From Paraspadella gotoi (taxonomy: Eukaryota; Animalia; Chaetognatha): a DNA stretch of 16,529 nucleotides. Position numbers and translations under genes: made by a program. The notes beneath the pieces were generated by a model. That model was not told the DNA's origin and did not search any database. It saw nothing but the letters and a program-made list of their open reading frames with translations. The stretch lies in assembly GCA_051294375.1 (NCBI GenBank), contig CM119267.1:8873070-8889598 (forward strand), written 5' to 3'. Positions 11,612 through 16,529 of this stretch are shown piece after piece (within the stretch, counting starts at the first letter, position 1; each line of letters begins with the position of its first letter).

Positions 11612-12124
11612 AAACGTTTTTTTTTTCTCCCAAATTTTCTACGGGATAACAGCGCAGTTGACGATTGATGAAGTCAACCAGCGAAAGATCAACAATTTCT
11701 TTTTTCCTTCTCTTCTAAATTTGCTCCACTTAATTTAATTTAATAAACGAAGATTCAAGAAAGGATTCGGGGAGAGGGGGGGGGGTTTCGCTGTCGACGA
11801 CCCCAGACAGGGGAGAGCATTAAATCCCTACTCCCTTTGCTTCTCCCCCCCTCCATCGCTCCAACAAATACCCTTTTCTCGGATCCGCGTAAGAAACAAA
11901 TCAATTAACCGAATTAAAAGAGAAAAAAGTTTAGAAAACATTCTACTCTTCGTCTCTCTCTCTCCCCCTTGCTCCTCTCTCTCTCTCCTTCCGCTTTTTC
12001 CCTCTTTCTCCCCTCGATTCTCTCTCACTCTCTCAACGAGATCTTCTCGAATTTTTTCATCCTGTTTTGTTTTTACTTTTCACGCGAAAATCTCGTTTCT
12101 CATCCAGAGTTAATTATGCCGACA
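11612..12124 (+). repeat. Gap-free counterpart of 1-600
   Basis: Contains both 1-171 and 442-600 in the same order and orientation, plus the intervening 179 bp. Confidence 0.95.
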
Positions 12125-12153
12125 TCCTGAGGCCTCCTCCCACCCAAAAGAAA

Positions 12154-12155
<2 letters not shown>

Positions 12156-12226
<71 letters not shown>

Positions 12227-12235
12227 CTCTCTCTC
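12156..12235 (+). repeat. (CT)n microsatellite
   Basis: Nearly perfect CT tract. Confidence 0.95.
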
Positions 12236-12660
12236 GTTCATTCCGCGAATTGATCGAATCCAGATGACGGCGAATGGACGATGAAAAAAACGTGTGTTGG
12301 TTTTCTTCTTCTTTTTTCATCATTTCATTTCGCTCATTTTTAAATCGGAACAGAATTAAATTTTGAGCTATAACTCGCTTATATTTTTTTTCTTTTTCTT
12401 ATTTTGAAATCAGAGTAAAACAAAGAGGGCGTGTATGAGCGCGTAAACACAAAAAAGCTGTTGGTCTTGAGAAAAAGGGATGAAATTTTATTTTTTTTTC
12501 TGTCTCTTCTCTCTATCGCTTTTTCTCGTATCTACGTTTATCTCCTTCATCTCCCTTACAGCCTCACTCCCTGGACTTGATTTCCTCGGAAGGGAAGCTC
12601 GAAAAATTCACAGATGGCTTCATAAAAAACCTCTCGCACAGAAGAAAGAGGAAGAAGAAA

Positions 12661-12664
12661 AGAG

Positions 12665-12755
<91 letters not shown>
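12661..12755 (+). repeat. (GA)n microsatellite
   Basis: Nearly perfect GA tract. Confidence 0.95.
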
Positions 12756-12756
<1 letters not shown>

Positions 12757-13252
12757 ATTTTTTCACGCTGTTTAAATTACGCAGGACGTTCCTAATTTAT
12801 TAATTGAAAATGACTAAAACTCAAAACGGCGGGAGGGAAAGCACTCAATTAAGAAGCGAACAATCCTTTTTCATTATGTCCATTTTTTTTCTGCATGATT
12901 TTATTATTTCGGCGATTTGGGTTTTTTTTTCATAAAATTAAACTCGTTAGTGAAATGTTTGGTCGGTTGAAATTCTCTTTCGTTCAGCAGCGCGACAGTG
13001 GAGGTTTTTTTTTTTTTTTTCAGGCCTACGGCGATATTTCGCCGTTGGAACTTTTATTATATAAATTAACCTTTAAAATAGATAAAAACCAACGTCGTTT
13101 TCCCCTAAGCGAAAAATACAATAAGTTTCCACTTCTTTCCTTTACTCTTCCCGGAATCGAATCGAGAGACGCGAATCGTTACGCCGCCTTCTATCTCAAA
13201 GGAGCCGGAATGGAAGGGCCCGTAATCGGCTAATCCGAGCCAGGCCGAAGAC

Positions 13253-13303
13253 GAGAGAGAGAGAGAGAGAGAGAGACGAGAGAGGAGAGAGAGAGAGAGA
13301 GAG
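13253..13303 (+). repeat. (GA)n microsatellite
   Basis: GA tract. Confidence 0.95.
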
Positions 13304-13876
13304 AAAGAACGAATATCCCAGGCAGGCGAGGAACACACAAGTCTGCTCGGCGGGGGAATTCGACCGCCCTCTTGTGGATGAGGGGGATATGCAGTGAAAT
13401 AAGGAAGACTCTTCTGGGGGTTGAAAGGTTTTCTCTGGGTGTGTTGCATGGATTTGGGGATTCGTTGGATCGTTAGAGGATGAATAGTGGTAAATGATAT
13501 TTTTTTTTATTCACGTTTAAGAGAAATTGAAAGAAAAAATTAGAAAAACGAATCAATTCACGAGAGTAAACGTGATGAAAATTGTTACATGCAAAGTTTG
13601 CAAAACATTTGCAAATGTTTCGCTAATTTAATTTTCTCTCGTCTCGGTTTTATTTAAAATTACAAGAGTGTTCAAACTGAACCGCCCCTCTTTGAGAGAG
13701 AAAGAGAGGAAATTGAGAACAGAACGTGGAAATTCCACGTATTAACTGACGTCTATCGGGCTGAAAAAAAAAAACTTTTTACGGTCGACAGATGTGAAAC
13801 CGCCCCAGACATCCACCGTGATTTAATCCTCGGAACGGTCAAAACCGGAAATTAATATATATTCCCCCTTGGAAAC

Positions 13877-13892
13877 GCGCCAGGGGGCGCCA
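13877..13892 (+). promoter_or_regulatory. CTCF-like motif GCGCCAGGGGGCGCCA
   Basis: 13/16 match to CCACCAGGGGGCGCTA. Motif match only. Confidence 0.35.
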
Positions 13893-14668
13893 TGTGAGTA
13901 GAAGCGGCGTGGAGTGCGGCGTTGCACCGGGAACGCTGCAATTGTGACATGGAACCCGCCAAATGCTCTCTGTCAGTAATGGAGTGAGAATGGCGCTTTT
14001 TGAAACTTTGACAGAATGTCATCAGAACGCGCACCCTCTCCCGGGACGGTGGCGGCCTTTGAGAACGGCTTTTAGAATGAGAGCCTCGGAGGAATTGTGT
14101 CTCGAAAGTAAGTTAAGATGCTACGTGTTATTTTCATAATCTTTATAGCGTGGCAGGTGACGCCTTCTTTAAAATCTGACAATGTGTCAGTTTTTTTTGA
14201 CAAGTTTTTGGGTGGCGAATAAAAAAAATATTGTGTCCTCTTCGGCTGCAGAAGGAAGACCTTCGCTTTGATATGCTTTTTTTAGGCGTCTGCGTCACGT
14301 CTGCATAATTTTATGTAGCATTAGGTAACAACTGCAGCGTCGTTCACTCACCTTCACTATGAAAGACTGTAACGACAATAAAAAGAGAAATTTCACTCTC
14401 GACAAACGACGCGGCTTGCCAAAAGTCAGATAAATAAAACGAAACATCACAATGAGGATCGATAAGACTTTTTTGTTTCCGTTTTTCTAGGTGTTTTTTT
14501 TTTTTTTTTTATTTCTCTATTTTTTGGTTTGTTTTTGTTTTTCTGACAAATTTGAGCTTCGGTTTTCTTTTTTTTTTTTTTTTTTTTTGACGGCGATTTG
14601 ACAAGAATTATTTTCGAAATGCTTGGTATTTATTTTTTTCTTTCGTTTTCGTTCGTTTTATATTTTCA

Positions 14669-14671
<3 letters not shown>

Positions 14672-14732
<61 letters not shown>
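14672..14732 (+). repeat. (CT)n microsatellite
   Basis: CT tract downstream of poly-T runs. Confidence 0.95.
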
Positions 14733-14736
<4 letters not shown>

Positions 14737-15113
14737 AAAACGAAGTCCGGCCCAAAACATTTCGTGGTCGACCTCGTTTAATTCCCCGTTTCTCTCCCCT
14801 TCTCTGCCCACTTCCGCCATTTTCCTCTTATTTCCGTTCGACTCCGGCGGATTTGTTTTAACATTCTCAATACGTTTGTTTATGTTCACCGATGGCTCGT
14901 TCACAGTCTCGGCTTGTTTGTTTACGATTCAATCTTTCACGAGAAGAGATTAGAGTCGTAGACTTTGGTCGAGAATTGGATGTCGGAGCGAAAATCGTCC
15001 ATCTTTTCGATTTCGTTTTCGTCTCGACGTTTCAAAACAAACGAATCGCCTTAGGCTGCTTCCGATTCTTATTTATCTATTTACAAAATTCTAGGTATTT
15101 AAAGCTAGCTAGC

Positions 15114-15194
<81 letters not shown>
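15114..15194 (+). repeat. (CT)n microsatellite
   Basis: CT tract. Confidence 0.95.
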
Positions 15195-15196
<2 letters not shown>

Positions 15197-15217
15197 AAAC
15201 TACAGTTTTAAAGCCAG

Positions 15218-15297
15218 GATTTTAAAAACCCGGACGTGAGACGCCGATCGCAAAAACCCGGATTTGAGGCGGAGATTTTAGAAAAAAGCCCCGGATC

Positions 15298-15300
<3 letters not shown>
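15218..15300 (+). repeat. Degenerate 28-bp minisatellite, 3 units
   Basis: GATTTTAAAAACCCGGACGTGAGACGCC / GATCGCAAAAACCCGGATTTGAGGCGGA / GATTTTAGAAAAAAGCCCCGGATCGAG. Confidence 0.65.

Positions 15301-15301
<1 letters not shown>

Positions 15302-15339
<38 letters not shown>
15302..15339 (+). repeat. (GA)n microsatellite
   Basis: Perfect GA tract. Confidence 0.95.
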
Positions 15340-15341
<2 letters not shown>

Positions 15342-15455
15342 CCGGATTAAACCGGATAAAGGTGATTAGCAGAATTCGAAGGGAGAAAGGAAAGGCCGCT
15401 GACGAAGGTGAAGGATTCGGACCGGGAAATCTTTCATTGAGCCTCGAGATTTTCG

Positions 15456-15497
<42 letters not shown>

Positions 15498-15521
15498 AGA
15501 GAAGAGAGAGACGAGAGAGAG
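15456..15521 (+). repeat. (GA)n microsatellite
   Basis: GA tract with single-base interruptions. Confidence 0.95.
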
Positions 15522-15810
15522 GAAGCTTTTCAAACGCGCCAACTCTAAATTGGTCGATACATTCGCCGGAAATTAATTCCGCTTCGGCGCATAGCGACGA
15601 GTGGCGTCTAACGTTGGTGCGGGAATTGACGCCCAACATCGAGGGAGATTCAGCTAATTAATTATCTATTTATAGAATCGACCAAAGGCGCTAACTTAAA
15701 AGTAACGTCGAAAAAATAATTAACGACGAAATTTCTCGGGCGTATCGAGAGAGCGAACTTGCATCTTTAAGACTGCTTCTGATTCAAGTCCTGAACTACA
15801 AAGAAACTAT

Positions 15811-16054
15811 TATGGTGGACTAAAATCCACCAACCGTTCATCAGCGGCCATTGGTGCCGGAGGCAAGTCATTCGCCTCCCAACCCAAAGGTCCGGGGATC
15901 TAGCCCGGTGGTCGCCTAGCAGTTAAGAGGGACGGGGCGCTTAACCCGCCTGTAACACGGTGTTACAGCCTGATACGAAGCTCGGGGACTGCTTAAAAGT
16001 GCTTATATTGAACGGTTCTGCCACAAACACATAACAATAATTACTGTCTCTTCA
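15811..16054 (+). mobile_element. Complete 244-bp non-autonomous interspersed element with tRNA-Gly-like head (SINE-like), flanked by CTAT TSD
   Basis: Both ends are defined by homology to the second locus (1433 start, 2626 end). CTAT at 15807-15810 and 16055-16058. tRNA-like region at 15844-15916. Confidence 0.85.
15844..15916 (+). pseudogene. tRNA-Gly(CCC)-derived sequence (pseudo-tRNA head)
   Basis: 73 nt. Acceptor stem GCGGCCA/TGGTCGC (7 bp, one G-T), T stem CCGGG/CCCGG with 7-nt loop GATCTAG (degenerate B box), A-box-like TGGTGCCGGAGG, anticodon loop CT-CCC-AA. The anticodon stem TTCGC/CCCAA pairs only 3/5, so it is unlikely to be a functional tRNA. Confidence 0.75.
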
Positions 16055-16431
16055 CTATTTCCTCTCCGAATAACCGAGGTGCGAATGTCCGAGCATTTTC
16101 GATCGAATGAGTCGCGCAGAAAGAGAGAGATAGAGAGAGAGTGTCGATTATCATTCTTTCGGTTTTCGGTTTAATCGTCGGTCACTCTCCGACCAAATTG
16201 ACGATCCCCATTCCGTTTTGACCTCTGACCCTCTTTTTTTTTTCTAAGGGCCGAGACCTGACCTGGGGGGGTACTCCTTCTTTTCTCTCCACCCTCTTGC
16301 GATCTCTTAGCACTTACACACGACCTACCTGAAGAGGCGAATTACTCAGGTGCACCCACTTGGCTAGATAATAGAAAAATAGAGAGGAGAAAGTTTCGGT
16401 TTTCTATTCTTTCGCCCCTCTTGCACTTTCC

Positions 16432-16434
<3 letters not shown>

Positions 16435-16470
<36 letters not shown>

Positions 16471-16529
16471 CTCTCTTCTCTCTCTCTCTCTTCTCTCTCC
16501 TCTCTCTCTCTCTCTTCTCTCTCTCCTCT
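16435..16529 (+). repeat. (CT)n microsatellite running off the window end
   Basis: CT tract with indel interruptions. Confidence 0.95.

Noticed and set aside
12067-15661. ORFs rich in ER/RE or SL/LS repeats
   Set aside because: Translations of (GA)n/(CT)n microsatellites with no domain-like content.
15844-15916. Functional tRNA-Gly gene
   Set aside because: Broken anticodon stem, T loop lacking TTC, no oligo-T terminator directly downstream, and embedded in a TSD-flanked repeat.
1-16529. CRISPR array, operon or other prokaryotic system
   Set aside because: No regularly spaced repeat-spacer array and no dense coding; the sequence is eukaryotic non-coding in character.

Overview
Eukaryotic, AT-rich but CpG-retaining, microsatellite-dense non-coding DNA (invertebrate-like; taxon not identifiable) with three N-gaps. 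I find no supportable protein-coding gene; the long ORFs are N-runs, (GA)n/(CT)n tracts or error-rich sequence. Two things explain most of the structure. (1) Assembly redundancy: 1-171 and 442-600 are near-identical copies of 11612-11785 and 11965-12124, and ~2925-4941 is a collinear reverse-complement copy of 612-1468 inflated about 2.3-fold by scattered insertions, most simply an unpolished long read used for gap filling. (2) A 244-bp interspersed element (15811-16054; second insertion split between 1433-1468 and ~2626-3040). It carries a 73-nt tRNA-Gly(CCC)-like head but is not a textbook SINE: it has a conserved 33-bp hairpin leader upstream of the tRNA, 9-bp subterminal inverted repeats, an internal palindrome, fixed TA...CA ends without a poly-A tail, and 4(-5)-bp target-site duplications at both loci. 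This is the best candidate for something undescribed. Smaller signals are two CTCF-like sites, a TGACA cluster, short palindromes, a 28-bp minisatellite and a degenerate telomere-like tract.
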